DNA of 64,000 bases from Octopus vulgaris (lineage: Eukaryota): the NCBI GenBank assembly GCA_951406725.2, contig OX597817.1, positions 248,001 to 312,000 on the forward strand, given 5' to 3'. The notes beneath the pieces were generated by a model. It had not been told where the DNA came from, searched no databases, and was given only the letters and a program-made list of their open reading frames with translations. A program made the position numbers and the translations under genes. Positions 14,444 through 29,763 of this stretch are shown piece after piece (position 1 is the stretch's first letter; each line of letters begins with the position of its first letter).

Positions 14444-14622
14444 CGTGCCAGGGACAAGTACCACTGATGCTATATTCATGGTAAGGCAGCTACAGGAGAA
14501 ATACCTAGCCAAAGATAAGCCCCTGTACCTGGCTTTTGTTGACATGGAGAAAGCCTTCGAAAAGGTACCCTGATCCCTTATCTGGAGGTCAATGAGGAAA
14601 CTAAGGATAGATGAATGGTTAG
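14441..14622 (+). mobile_element. RTE LINE RT fragment, cut at the duplication junction
   Basis: FVPGTSTTDAIFMVRQLQEKYLAKDKPLYLAFVDMEKAF..IWRSMRKLRIDEWLV. Second copy at 26224-26404. Confidence 0.85.
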
Positions 14623-17339
14623 TCGAGACTAGTCGAGCATTACTTTGTGTTTTTGTGTTTCATTTACTTTGCTAAGTTGTCGTTGTAGGATCGTCTAGTC
14701 AGACTATCTAGCGCGGTTGCGCGAGTAAATGAGGGCGCGCACCAGGACCACTCTTCTTATATAAATGGTATCCAGTTTCCACAGCGGAGAAATCCACCCT
14801 TGTTAAAACATATACACAAAACCCTACCATTTCAGGCTGACTTAACAGAGACCCTACTCTGTGTTACCGCCACAAAGCGGCCACGCCCTTGTAAGTTTCA
14901 TAACGAAAAACAAAAACATTAATTTCCTAATCTCATAATTGGATCACGCACATTTACGATAATTAATATCGTATCATTAATTTATAGACACACAGACAGA
15001 GTTTAAGATGAAAGGATGTTCATTCAAGCGTTAAATGGCCCCAAATGAAATTAAAATGCCTTACCTCAGTTTAGTTTTAAACAGTAGCAACGTATCTGGG
15101 GTCCCAATTAATTTCAAATTTTATGTTGCCGGATTTAAATTCGATTGCAAGTAAGCGGAGATAACTCTCGAAATATAGGCGGGTTGGGTGGTGTGGTAAG
15201 TAGCTTGCGTACCAAGCACATGGTTCCGGGTTCAGTCCCACTGCGTGGCACCTTGGGTGAGTGACTTCTACTAGTGGGATCCGTCATGGTAAAGAAAGGT
15301 CTTACGTGCATGGAGGATCACATCCTGCTCGGCTTCGGTGATGGTGGAGAAAGTCCTAGCGAAGTTAATCGCGTCAATCAGCAGGCTCTCCGATATAGAG
15401 GCGTAATATTCCTCGATATCTAATTGCAGGAAGCGGGTGTTGCTCTTGTCAGATAAATCCCGGAACCAAGTTATTGCCTCGGAAGTCCTATTCCAGAGTG
15501 GAAGGGGTGAGGCTTCACGTATTTTAGGTAAAATCCTGTCCAGGATCTTCTTGCTGACGGATCCAATGTCAGACTTGGTTGGGTTAATCAGTCAGACCGA
15601 TGGTTTATTGTCGAAATTGTTTTTGTGGTCTTTCAAAAACAAAAAAAAAACACAAAAACAATTTCGACAATAAACCATCGGTCCGACTGATTAACCCAAC
15701 CAAGTCTGACATTGGATCCGTCAGCAAGAAGATCCTGGACAGGATTTTACCTAAAATACGTGAAGCCTCACCCCTTCCACTCTGGAATAGGACTTCCGAA
15801 GCAATAACTTGGTTCCGGGATTTATCTGACAAGAGCAACACCCGCTTCCTACAATTAGATATCGAGGAATATTACGCCTCTATATCGGAGAGCCTGCTGA
15901 TTGACGCGATTAACTTCGCTAGGACCTTCTCCACCATCACCGAAGCCGAGCAGGATGTGATCCTCCATGCACGTAAGACCTTTCTTTACTCATGACGGAT
16001 CCCACTGGATCAACAAAAAATCCGAGACCCCCTTCGACGTCAGCATGGGTGCTAGCGACTCGGCTGAAATAAGTAACCTTGTGGGCCTATTCATCCTCCA
16101 TAGGTTGAAGACCCTATTCACAGGCCTCTCCGGTGGTCTCTACTGCGATGATGGCCTTTTTGCCTTCCACAAAATAGACCCCAGTACCACGGATAGGTTC
16201 CGGAAAAACCTTTACACTTTTTTTTTAAACTTAGGCCTTAGGATTACCTTAGATTCGAACTTAACCAAAGCTAACTTCCTTGACGTTACCATCGATTTAG
16301 AAACCTCCCTTTATTACCCGTACCATAAACCTAATGAATCCCTTAGATACATAGACATTAATTCTAACCACCCCAAAAATATATTAGACAACCTAGTAAA
16401 AAGTGTCTCCATTAGGATATCTAGACTCTCTGCCACCGAGGATATCTTTAATGCCGCAGCCCCCTATTACAACGAGGCCCTGGCCCGCAGTGGCTTTAGA
16501 GATAAGATCACCTACATTAGCATAGCCCCACGCCCACCCAAGAATAATAGGCGAAGACACATTAGCTGGTACAACCCCTCTTCAACCGTGAAGTTTCAAC
16601 ACCTGTAGCTAAAATTTTCTTCACTCTCTTACAAAAACACTTCCCCACCCAACATAAGTACTATACAATCCTTAATAAGAACACCATTAGACTCTCCTAC
16701 TCCACCACACCCAATCTAGCTAGGAACCTAGCCAACAATAACGTCAAAAAACTTAATAAATCTACTTTTTCCGAAGCCCATCCAGCATCCGACAGCAACT
16801 GCAATTTCAACTGCCCTGATAAGACTACTTGCCCCCTCAACAACAACTGCCTACAGAAAGATCTCGTCTACATATGCGATGTACGATCAGGCCCCGATGA
16901 TAAAAGTAAATCGTACATCGGAATGACCTCAAATAGTTTTAAGACTCGCTGGTACGCCCACACACATTCGTTCCGGTGACCTGACAAATCTAACCAGACT
17001 ACTCTCGCCGCCCATATCTGGCACCTTAAAAGGAACTCCATCCCCTTCAAGATCAAGTGGAGACTCTTCCAGAGAGCGCGTTCTTACACGGGAGGCCATA
17101 CTTGCTGTGACCTTTGCATTTCTGAGAGCTTGGAGATCTTATTCGCCAAAGGCCCTCTCCTCAACAAGATCTCGCAACACTCCCCAAACTGTATGTACAA
17201 AATCTATGCAAACTACAAAAATTACAGACCCACCCGGCCACCCGATTGCTGACACCCCACCCACAAACCCCCGACCCCGACCCCCACCCCACCACACCAC
17301 CGTTCCTTCATCACACCAAATTACTTTCTCTCCTAAGAC

Positions 17340-17490
17340 AATATACATATATATATATATACATATGTATATATACACATATATGTATATAAGTGCATAT
17401 ATATGTATGTGTGCATGTGCATATGTACATACGTATGTGTATGCGTGTATATGTGTGTATGTGTATACATGTGCATGTGTATGTATACGC

Positions 17491-17534
<44 letters not shown>

Positions 17535-18277
17535 GTATATGTATGTATATATGTACATATGTTTATATGTGTGTATGTATTATGTATGTGTGTACATGAG
17601 TATATATTTATATGTATGTATATACATGTGTATATGTTTATGTATGTATATATATATATATATGCATATATGGGTTTTATATATGTGTGTATGTATGTAT
17701 ATGTGTATGTATATGTGTATGTGTGTATATATATATGCATGTGTGTATTTATGTATATATATATGTGTGTATGTGTATGTATGTATGTGTATATACATGT
17801 ATATATTTGTGTATGCGTATGTGTATTTATATATACATGTGTATTTGTATATAAATGTATGTGTGTATGCATGTATATTTGTGTATGGATGTATGTATAT
17901 ATATATATATATATGGACATGTAGATTTATGTATGGGTATATGTATATGTGTATATGTGTAGATATGTATATGTATGTACGTGTATGTATGTGTATGTAT
18001 GTGCATGTATGTATATGTTTGTATGTATGTATATGCATGTGTGTATTTATATATGCATATATGTATTTATATGCGTATGTATACTTATATATGCGTATAT
18101 ATATTTATATACGCATATGTTTTTATATGTGCATATATGTTTATGTATGCGTGTATATATTTATGTGTGTGTTTGTGTGTACATATGTATATTTATGTAT
18201 GTGTTTATATATGCATAATTATCTATATGTTTATATGTGCATAGATATATTTATGTATGTATACTTATGTGTATTTG

Positions 18278-18319
<42 letters not shown>

Positions 18320-18355
18320 CGTGCGTGTGTGTATGTAGGTGTATGTATGTATTTG

Positions 18356-18398
<43 letters not shown>

Positions 18399-18520
18399 AT
18401 GTATATATATATATATATATGTATGTATGTGTATGTATGTATATATATGTGCGTATGTATGTATACATATGTATATTCGCACGTGTATGTATGTGTGTTT
18501 GTATGTATATTTATTTTATA
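17340..18520. repeat. Cryptic (TA/TG)n alternating microsatellite inside the PLE 3' region
   Basis: Read directly. Produces the spurious 494-aa ORF. Confidence 0.9.
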
Positions 18521-18857
18521 TGTTTTTTTCATGTATATTTATCTATTTATTCCCTCCACCTAACAATAACAAACTGCCTACCTCTTCTTGACCACCAAAA
18601 AGCAATTGTCTTCTAATTTACCTAAAATCCCATCCCATATATCTGTTTCTATTCATTTATTCTATTTATTCATTTATTTATTTTCTCACTGATTCCTCTC
18701 ATTTCAAAAAACACTCTGGCCTTGTGACCACTCCCCTAAGAACAATAGCTTGTGACCTGTTTATCTCCTAAATACCAACCTCCCCAAAAAACGTCCCCCA
18801 CCACCGCTCCATTAAATCTGCCTATATGCATAAATACCAGAACTTATTTTGACAGCC

Positions 18858-18908
18858 AGCTTCCTGAAGATTTCATCTGAATGAAACAGTTCTAGTCCTG
18901 TAGAAGCT
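18858..18908 (+). ncRNA. Type I hammerhead ribozyme in PLE pLTR
   Basis: agcuuc CUGAAGA uuuc-aucu-gaau GAAA cag uucuaguc cu GUA gaagcu. 6-bp stem I, ACAG/CUGU stem III. Confidence 0.85.
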
Positions 18909-18995
18909 CCTTCTATAAAATAACTTACTTTACTCTGCTATGTATCGAGTACCTTATTTACTGTGGTTAACCCCGACTCAACCCGGGACCTACAT

Positions 18996-19068
<73 letters not shown>

Positions 19069-19307
19069 TAACAATTGAGGATAAAATCTTTAAAAGAAAT
19101 TATCAGTAGTCAGCGTGAAAAACCTCGTAAGAGAAAAAATCCGTAAATTCTTCCTCTTTGAAAATATTCATTTATATTATATTGAGGGTACTACTATTCG
19201 TAGATACCAACACGCTAAGAGGGACCAATGCGGTCAAAACTACTAAGAATAAACAAAATTTTACCGAATGCAAAACTTCAAAACACATCATTCTAAAAAA
19301 GAATTCA

Positions 19308-19371
19308 GTTACATATCACATGTGATTTCGCATTTAATGCAGAATATGCATTTCATGTTCGTCAGTGCAAC
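19308..19371 (-). ncRNA. Type I hammerhead ribozyme in ORF-less (TA)n-inserted unit
   Basis: guugca CUGACGA acaugaaaugca-uauuc-ugcauuaaaugc GAAA ucacauguga UA uguaac. Stem III is the perfect palindrome AUCACAUGUGAU. Confidence 0.85.
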
Positions 19372-19648
19372 AAACTCAAGAAATATAATAAAATAACACA
19401 ACATTACAAACTCGATAGCCAACCGTAGAATTCGTCGTAGCTTGTACGAATGTTTATCCTTACATATCTATGAAAATGGCGGGCTTTTCCGCAATGCATT
19501 TCGGTAACAAATTGCCTAGTCGGAATAAAAATTCAGTATTGAACTATTCCCGTGAAAAATATAATTTAACAATTGAGGATAAAATCTTGAGGTAAAATTT
19601 TGTTTATTCTTAGTAGTGTTGACCGCATTGGTCCCTCTTAGCGTATCA

Positions 19649-19764
<116 letters not shown>

Positions 19765-19886
19765 TATTTGTATGGGTGTATGCATTTATACATATATATA
19801 CATATATATATATACATACATGCATATATATATATACATACATATATGTATATATGTATGTATTCTGTCAGCCCGCCACCTTAATT

Positions 19887-19917
<31 letters not shown>

Positions 19918-20411
19918 CGATGATGTTGACGATGACGACAATGTCAACGGCAAAAAAGATGTAAGAAGAATCTCATTGATTAGAGTCAGATTGATTATAT
20001 TAAATATGTGTTTGCAGTTGTTTGTAGATGCTAAAATATTTTGTTACAAATAGACACACGGGTTTATATCTTTCAATGTATTATATTTTATTATCTTTAA
20101 AAGAGGTACATATCTTTGTTATGGAGGCTGAAAATGTTCAGAGTGATTTGTTAAAATCTTTGTATTCTTCTTCAAATGAAATGGATATAAAATACTTTTC
20201 TTTCATTTCAAATTTTCTAATATTTACAATCTTTGTTTAGAAAGCATCTTTTCCAATGTAATTCGCCCCCCCCTTCTTCTCTCTCTTCTCGCTCCTTCCC
20301 TATTTCTGAGAGGACTTCACACCCTATAACGATTCTATCATATACATACATACACACACGCATACATATATACCTCTCACATAAATATATGAGTAATTCT
20401 ATGTCACCTTG

Positions 20412-20448
<37 letters not shown>

Positions 20449-20464
20449 ATTCTATCTCTCTCTC

Positions 20465-20547
<83 letters not shown>

Positions 20548-20590
20548 TAAATAAATGGAGTTTAACGCAGGTGTAAATCAAATATTTTTA

Positions 20591-20674
20591 CTTTCGACAC
20601 ATGTTTCGAAAATTCCACTGATACTTTTCAAAAGAATAAATGGTATAAACAATGCAATCTTCTCTTCAGGAAAG
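20591..20674 (-). ncRNA. Hammerhead ribozyme, paralogue of 12424-12507
   Basis: Same core and stems in duplication copy 2. Confidence 0.75.
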
Positions 20675-20842
20675 TGAAAAAAACGAAACTCGTCATTCAG
20701 ACATTTTAGCAAAAAATGAGGGATTTGTATAGCGATTTACTTGTGAGATTTTTGCTACCCTGGTAACTATTTATTTAAGTTTTCCGTGTTAATTATTAAC
20801 AAGGTAAAACTACACTCATCTATTCATAATACACATATATAC

Positions 20843-21024
<182 letters not shown>

Positions 21025-21679
21025 ATATATGCGCATATAGGCACACACACGTACATGTATAAATAGTTGTGTGTATGTATGTCTTGATAAAAAGTGAGAG
21101 AAAGCGAAATCCCGAGACAATAAGGGATAGCTGGTATTTATTAAATACAACACAATGTTGGCTAATTAAGGCAATTACAGGATTCTCTTTCAGCACAAAC
21201 ATTGTAATTATCTCTTTAATTACTTCGAATTAGCAGTAATTATTTGATTTTATGTTTAGTTTCAAACTTCATAAATTTGATTATTATTTATATCTGTAGA
21301 AGCTTTCTTAGCCTATTATTTCACATATCTTCTCAACATGAGTTTTCTTTTACCTGTCTTATAATGTCTGCTCTGCAATTTGCACAATTCACTGCATATT
21401 AAACATACTTTAAGAAAGTTTTGTCGAGCAAGACAAAGAATGGAGATATTTGATATCGTTAAACCAAACAGAAATAGCAGCTTGACAATCCCGTATATGC
21501 ATAATGCATATATAGTTTTATGTATTTGTGTATATCTTTCTATATATCGATATTTCAATATTCATATATAAACATTTAAAAATATATATACATGAAAATA
21601 TATATATTCATACATATATATATATATATATATAGATATATATATACTTTATTTTAAGCAGCAGAAAATTCAACAAAAT

Positions 21680-21717
21680 CTGTTACTCTGAGTTTCTCGT
21701 TGCCGTTCATCAGACAG
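21680..21717 (-). ncRNA. Minimal hammerhead ribozyme, left inverted arm
   Basis: cugu CUGAUGA acg-gcaa-cga GAAA cucaga GUA acag. Confidence 0.75.
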
Positions 21718-22920
21718 TTTTTGCTAGAATGGAACCGATATATCAATTCAATCTAGACTCTTACAAACGCTACACCTTTAAAAAGAAATAGACTTGTTTG
21801 ATTGACCCTTTAGAAAAAACGGTCAATCTTCGAGCGATAAACAAAAAGGTCAAAAATATATGTATATATATATATAAAAAAAACTTATAAAAATTATAAA
21901 ATCCGAGGAAAAAACCTTACATTGAATAAAATACATATTGACGTTAATGAAGAAAGTGCAAATTAATGCATAGAAATTAAACCTGTTATAAATATTACAC
22001 TGCAATACATATTTATATTAAAATCTACATATATATATATCAACATACACAAAATTATGCGTGCAAACGCCATACATATACAGACGTATGAATATAAATC
22101 TAAATATACACATAAAAGCATGTGTACATATATTCACGCAAAACCATCTCGCACGCAAGTTAAAAAAGATCTATGTAGCGATTCTCATATACTGAGTAAA
22201 GGGGGGAACGAAAGAAAGGGAGAGAGAGAAAAAGGAACGAAGGAGGTGTAGGGAAAAAAACGAAATAAGAAAAAATTATGTATACAAGCAGTGTAACGGC
22301 ATTATTGGCATATATGGAGACAAGTATACATACATAAGTTTGAATGGATACAGTCGTGTATATGTGTGCTTAAGCACAAACATACTTTCACTTACACATA
22401 CACAGATACGCATGCTTACAAATACATATGCTTTGCTATGCACATACTTATATCAACATTCTAATTTTGACAACATTGCTTTTTTTTTAAAAAAAAACAT
22501 TGCTTTTTTTAAAAAAAAATTGGTGCATTAATAAAAATATATACGAAAGACATATAAAATAAAATATAACATCCTATTTTGGGTCATTTATAAATAATTA
22601 AGGTAATATAAATAATCAAGGTAATCCTATATAATACAATAACATGAAAACAAAGTTGGAGGTTTTTCCTAATATATATGTAGAAACATAAGACTTTGCT
22701 ATACGGATTAAGATCCGCATAGCTTGGAAACAAAATCCATCGTAACGCTCATCGTTCAAGAGTCAAAATCAAAATCAAAAATACAAAATATATACTCTAT
22801 CCATATGGTATATTTATATTCGACATTTTAAATTTAGCCGCGTGCCTTATAGCCACGCATAATCTAAACGGCCATGAATCAGATAGACTTAGGAAGGACC
22901 TCATAGCTTTCTTTCAAAGG

Positions 22921-23880
22921 ATGGGCTTACGGGTTACGATAGATGCTAACCTGAATAGTGTAGATTTTTTAGACGTAAATTTTAATGTAGGATCGGATAG
23001 ATTTAAACCTTTCCGTAAGCCCAATGAAAAGCTATCGTATATTAGCAAAGATTCGAACCATCCACCAGTTATCCTTAGGAACTTAGTCAGCAATGTAGGT
23101 AGAAGAATATCTTCAATTTCTTCGGACGAGGCAGCATTCCATAATGCTGCACCTTACTACGATAGCGCATTAGAGAATAGTGGATTCTCTGAGAAGATCC
23201 AGTTCAACCAGCTTAATGCTGATAATAATGCTGCACGAAGAACTAGGACCAGGAAAGTTTTGTGGTTCAACCCGGCTTTCAATTTGGCCGTAAAGACTAA
23301 TATAGGTAAGGAATTTTTGAGATTAGTCTCTAAGCATTTTAAGCAGGGTCATAAATTCTATAGGATATTTAACAGAAGAACCCTGAAGGTTAGCTATTCT
23401 TGTTGCAGAAATTTCGCCTCTTACATTAGCCAACATAATAGGAAGCTAATTGAGATTAGACATGGTGCCGAGACCATTAAGAAATGTAATTTCAAAAACG
23501 AAAGTTCCTGTCCGTTAGAAGGGAAATGTCTGGTGAAAGGAGTAGTTTATAGAGCCAAGGTGCAAGTGGAAGGCTCATCGGAATACAAGACATACACAGG
23601 GGCTTCAGAAAATTCATTTAAAACAAGATTTTATTCTCATAAAAATTCATTTAAATACCCAGAAAATAGGAAGAAAACCAGCCTAGCAAAATATGTCTGG
23701 GAACTAAAAGAAAAGGAAGCCCCACCTTTCAACGTGACATGGAGCATTCTGGACAGGGCGGAACCATACAGGCATGGAGCATACAAAAATAATTTCAAGT
23801 GCAAGCTTTGTCTATTAGAAAAAATGTACATCTTATTCAAAGACAATAATTCTTTGAATCAAAGAAGCGAACTTATGTAG
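22921..23880 (+). CDS. PLE RT thumb + GIY-YIG endonuclease (truncated, open frame)
   Basis: 319-aa ORF with the motifs above. The frame is open back to the inversion junction at ~22860. Confidence 0.8.
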   Translation: MGLRVTIDANLNSVDFLDVNFNVGSDRFKPFRKPNEKLSYISKDSNHPPVILRNLVSNVGRRISSISSDEAAFHNAAPYYDSALENSGFSEKIQFNQLNADNNAARRTRTRKVLWFNPAFNLAVKTNIGKEFLRLVSKHFKQGHKFYRIFNRRTLKVSYSCCRNFASYISQHNRKLIEIRHGAETIKKCNFKNESSCPLEGKCLVKGVVYRAKVQVEGSSEYKTYTGASENSFKTRFYSHKNSFKYPENRKKTSLAKYVWELKEKEAPPFNVTWSILDRAEPYRHGAYKNNFKCKLCLLEKMYILFKDNNSLNQRSELM

Positions 23881-25003
23881 GCACGCGGCTAAATTTAAAA
23901 TGTCGAATATAAATATACCATATGGATAGAGTATATATTTTGTATTTTTGATTTTGATTTTGACTCTTGAACGATGAGCGTTACGATGGATTTTGTTTCC
24001 AAGCTATGCGGATCTTAATCCGTATAGCAAAGTCTTATGTTTCTACATATATATTAGGAAAAACCTCCAACTTTGTTTTCATGTTATTGTATTATATAGG
24101 ATTACCTTGATTATTTATATTACCTTAATTATTTATAAATGACCCAAAATAGGATGTTATATTTTATTTTATATGTCTTTCGTATATATTTTTATTAATG
24201 CACCAATTTTTTTTAAAAAAAGCAATGTTTCTTTTTTAAAAAAAGCAATGTTGTCAAAATTAGAATGTTGATATAAGTATGTGCATAGCAAAGCATATGT
24301 ATTTGTAAGCATGCGTATCTGTGTATGTGTAAGTGAAAGTATGTTTGTGCTTAAGCACACATATACACGACTGTATCCATTCAAACTTAGGTATGTATAC
24401 TTGTCTCCATATATGCCAATAATGCTGTTACACTGCTTGTATACATAATTTTTTCTTATTTCGTTTTTTTCCCTACACCTCCTTCGTTCCTTTTTCTCTC
24501 TCTCCCTTTCTTTCGTTCCCCCCCTTACTCAGTATATGAGAATCGCTACATAGATCTTTTTTAACTTGCGTGCGAGATGGTTTTGCGTGAATATATGTAC
24601 ACATGCTTTTATGTGTATATTTAGATTTATATTTATACGTCTGTATATGTATGGCGTTTGCACGCATAATTTTGTGTATGTTGATATATATATGTAGATT
24701 TTAATATAAATATGTATTGCAGTGTAATATTTATAACAGGTTTAATTTCTATGCATTAATTTGCACTTTCTTCATTAACGTCAATATGTATTTTATTCAA
24801 TGTAAGGTTTTTTCCTCGGATTTTATAATTTTTATAAGTTTTTTTTATATATATATATACATATATTTTTGATCTTTTTGTTTATCGCTCGAAGATTGAC
24901 CGTTTTTTCTAAAGAGCCAATCAAACAAGTCCATTTTTTTTAAAGGTGTAGCGTTTGTAAGAGTCTAGATTGAATTGATATATCGGTTCCATTCTAGCAA
25001 AAA

Positions 25004-25041
25004 CTGTCTGATGAACGGCAACAAGAAACTCAGAGTAACAG
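25004..25041 (+). ncRNA. Minimal hammerhead ribozyme, right arm
   Basis: cugu CUGAUGA acggcaacaa GAAA cucaga GUA acag. One stem II substitution relative to the left copy. Confidence 0.7.
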
Positions 25042-25144
25042 ATTTTGTTGAATTTTCTGCTGCTTAAAATAAAGCATATTACTCTACCACTGGTATTTGA
25101 GTACTCTTTTTTCCACCTTGTTTCACATTTATGTGTTTACTCCA

Positions 25145-25207
<63 letters not shown>

Positions 25208-25275
25208 TTGATAGATAGATAGATAGATAGATAGATACATACATACATACATACATACATACATACATACATACA

Positions 25276-25306
<31 letters not shown>

Positions 25307-25445
25307 GCGTTAGTGTGTGCTAAAATATTGGTTCGTTTCTTGTTCAGTAAATAACATTGTATTTGTGAATCAAAATTTCTCGACCCATCCTTTGCTTAAC
25401 AACCACTTGAGTTTACAGGCAAACACATCATGTGTGTGTGTGTGT

Positions 25446-25488
<43 letters not shown>

Positions 25489-26171
25489 TGTCTGTTTCAT
25501 GTGTGTGTCTGTGTGTTTCTAATACTCAGTGCAGATGGCATCCGCTTGATTGTAGTTCGTGGAATGTTAAAGTTCTCATTTTGCTTTTCCCTCTTAAGTG
25601 CTGACACTCCAAATTTGACCAACTGGTGGATGCTGATAACTATTCCATCGACAAATTCTGGCCATCTGAAGTGTTTTGTTTTTCTAAACAATTGCTTACA
25701 AGGATTTTTATATTTTTCAGTATAAAACTGAATACATCCACCCCACCCCCGCCACTACCATTATAGTTGTCATCACTATCATTAACATCATCGTGTCATT
25801 ACATGAATTATTAATTAATATTAATATTGCCCGTTCATTCAAAATTTTCCAATATTATGCAAATTTTAGGCTAGTTAATATATATTTCAATTGTTAAAAG
25901 GCAAATTTACAGCAGTTACAGCGTCGTGAGAATTCTCTGTTCACGTAAAAGTATATAAAAACGCCATTTCTGTCCAGTGCCAGGATCACAGACGTTGATG
26001 TTTCTAGCACTTTCGCTGTTGAGATGGCGGCACTGGACACATATGTTGTTTTTATACCTTTTCACCTTGTTGTTCAGCAGTGGAAATATATCAGAAACGT
26101 ATTTCAACTAACCTAGATACAATGTATATATTTATATATATATAGGTGTGTGTGTGTGTGTGTAATATATA

Positions 26172-26226
<55 letters not shown>

Positions 26227-26402
26227 GTGCCAGGGAAAAGTACCACTGATGCTATATTCATGGTAAGGCAGCTGCAGGAGAAATACCTAGCCAAAGATAA
26301 GCCCCTGTACCTGGCTTTTGTTGACATGGAGAAACCTTCGACAGGGTCCCCCGATCCCTTATCTGGTGGTCAATGAGGAAACTAAGGATAGATGAATGGT
26401 TA

Positions 26403-29400
<2,998 letters not shown>

Positions 29401-29445
29401 GTGTGTCTATATATATATATATTTATATAATATATATCTATAGAC

Positions 29446-29510
<65 letters not shown>

Positions 29511-29527
29511 TATATTTTTATATATAT

Positions 29528-29563
<36 letters not shown>

Positions 29564-29573
29564 ATATAGAAGG

Positions 29574-29624
29574 AGCTTCTACAGGACTAGAACTGTTTCA
29601 TTCAAGAGAAATCTTCAGGAAGCT
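29574..29624 (-). ncRNA. Type I hammerhead ribozyme, left arm
   Basis: Reverse complement of the motif at 36335-36385. Confidence 0.85.
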
Positions 29625-29763
29625 AGTTAACAAGAATTGTATTGGCATTTATACATTTAGGCAGGTTTAAAGGGGTGTTGGTGGGGGACTTTTTGGGGGT
29701 AGGCATAGCGCAAAATATCATACTTGGGGGAGTGGTCAAGGAGTCAGTGTTAAATTAGATAGA

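Larger units (their letters stand above)
15274..18992 (+). mobile_element. Penelope-like element (RT + C-terminal GIY-YIG) with 5' inversion and hammerhead-bearing pLTR
   Basis: RLINPTKSDIG, LDIEEYYASI, FDVSMGASDSAE, LYCDDG, NFLDV, SNHP, then CPLNNNCL..LVY..YIGMT..FKTRW..H..F..TTLAAHIW..CDLC. 15274-15625 is the reverse complement of 15660-16003. Ends in (TA)n. Confidence 0.92.
21645..25145 (+). mobile_element. 5'-truncated Penelope-like element flanked by ~1.2 kb inverted pLTR arms, inserted in (TA)n
   Basis: ORF 22921-23880 (VDFLDV, SNHPP, CPLEGKCL..VVYRAKV..YTGAS..FKTRF..TSLAKYVWELK..CKLC). 21645-22860 is the reverse complement of ~23880-25075. The paralogous site at ~13345-13372 is an empty (TA)n. 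Confidence 0.92.

Noticed and set aside
16977-16979. In-frame TGA in a PLE endonuclease as possible selenocysteine (as in Naiad PLEs)
   Set aside because: Single stop at a non-Cys position in an already frameshifted copy. The endonuclease is C-terminal, not Naiad-type, and I see no SECIS.
17107-18591. 494-aa ORF and the many [12 protein letters not shown] ORFs across the window
   Set aside because: Translations of stop-poor TA/TG/CA microsatellites, with no protein motifs.
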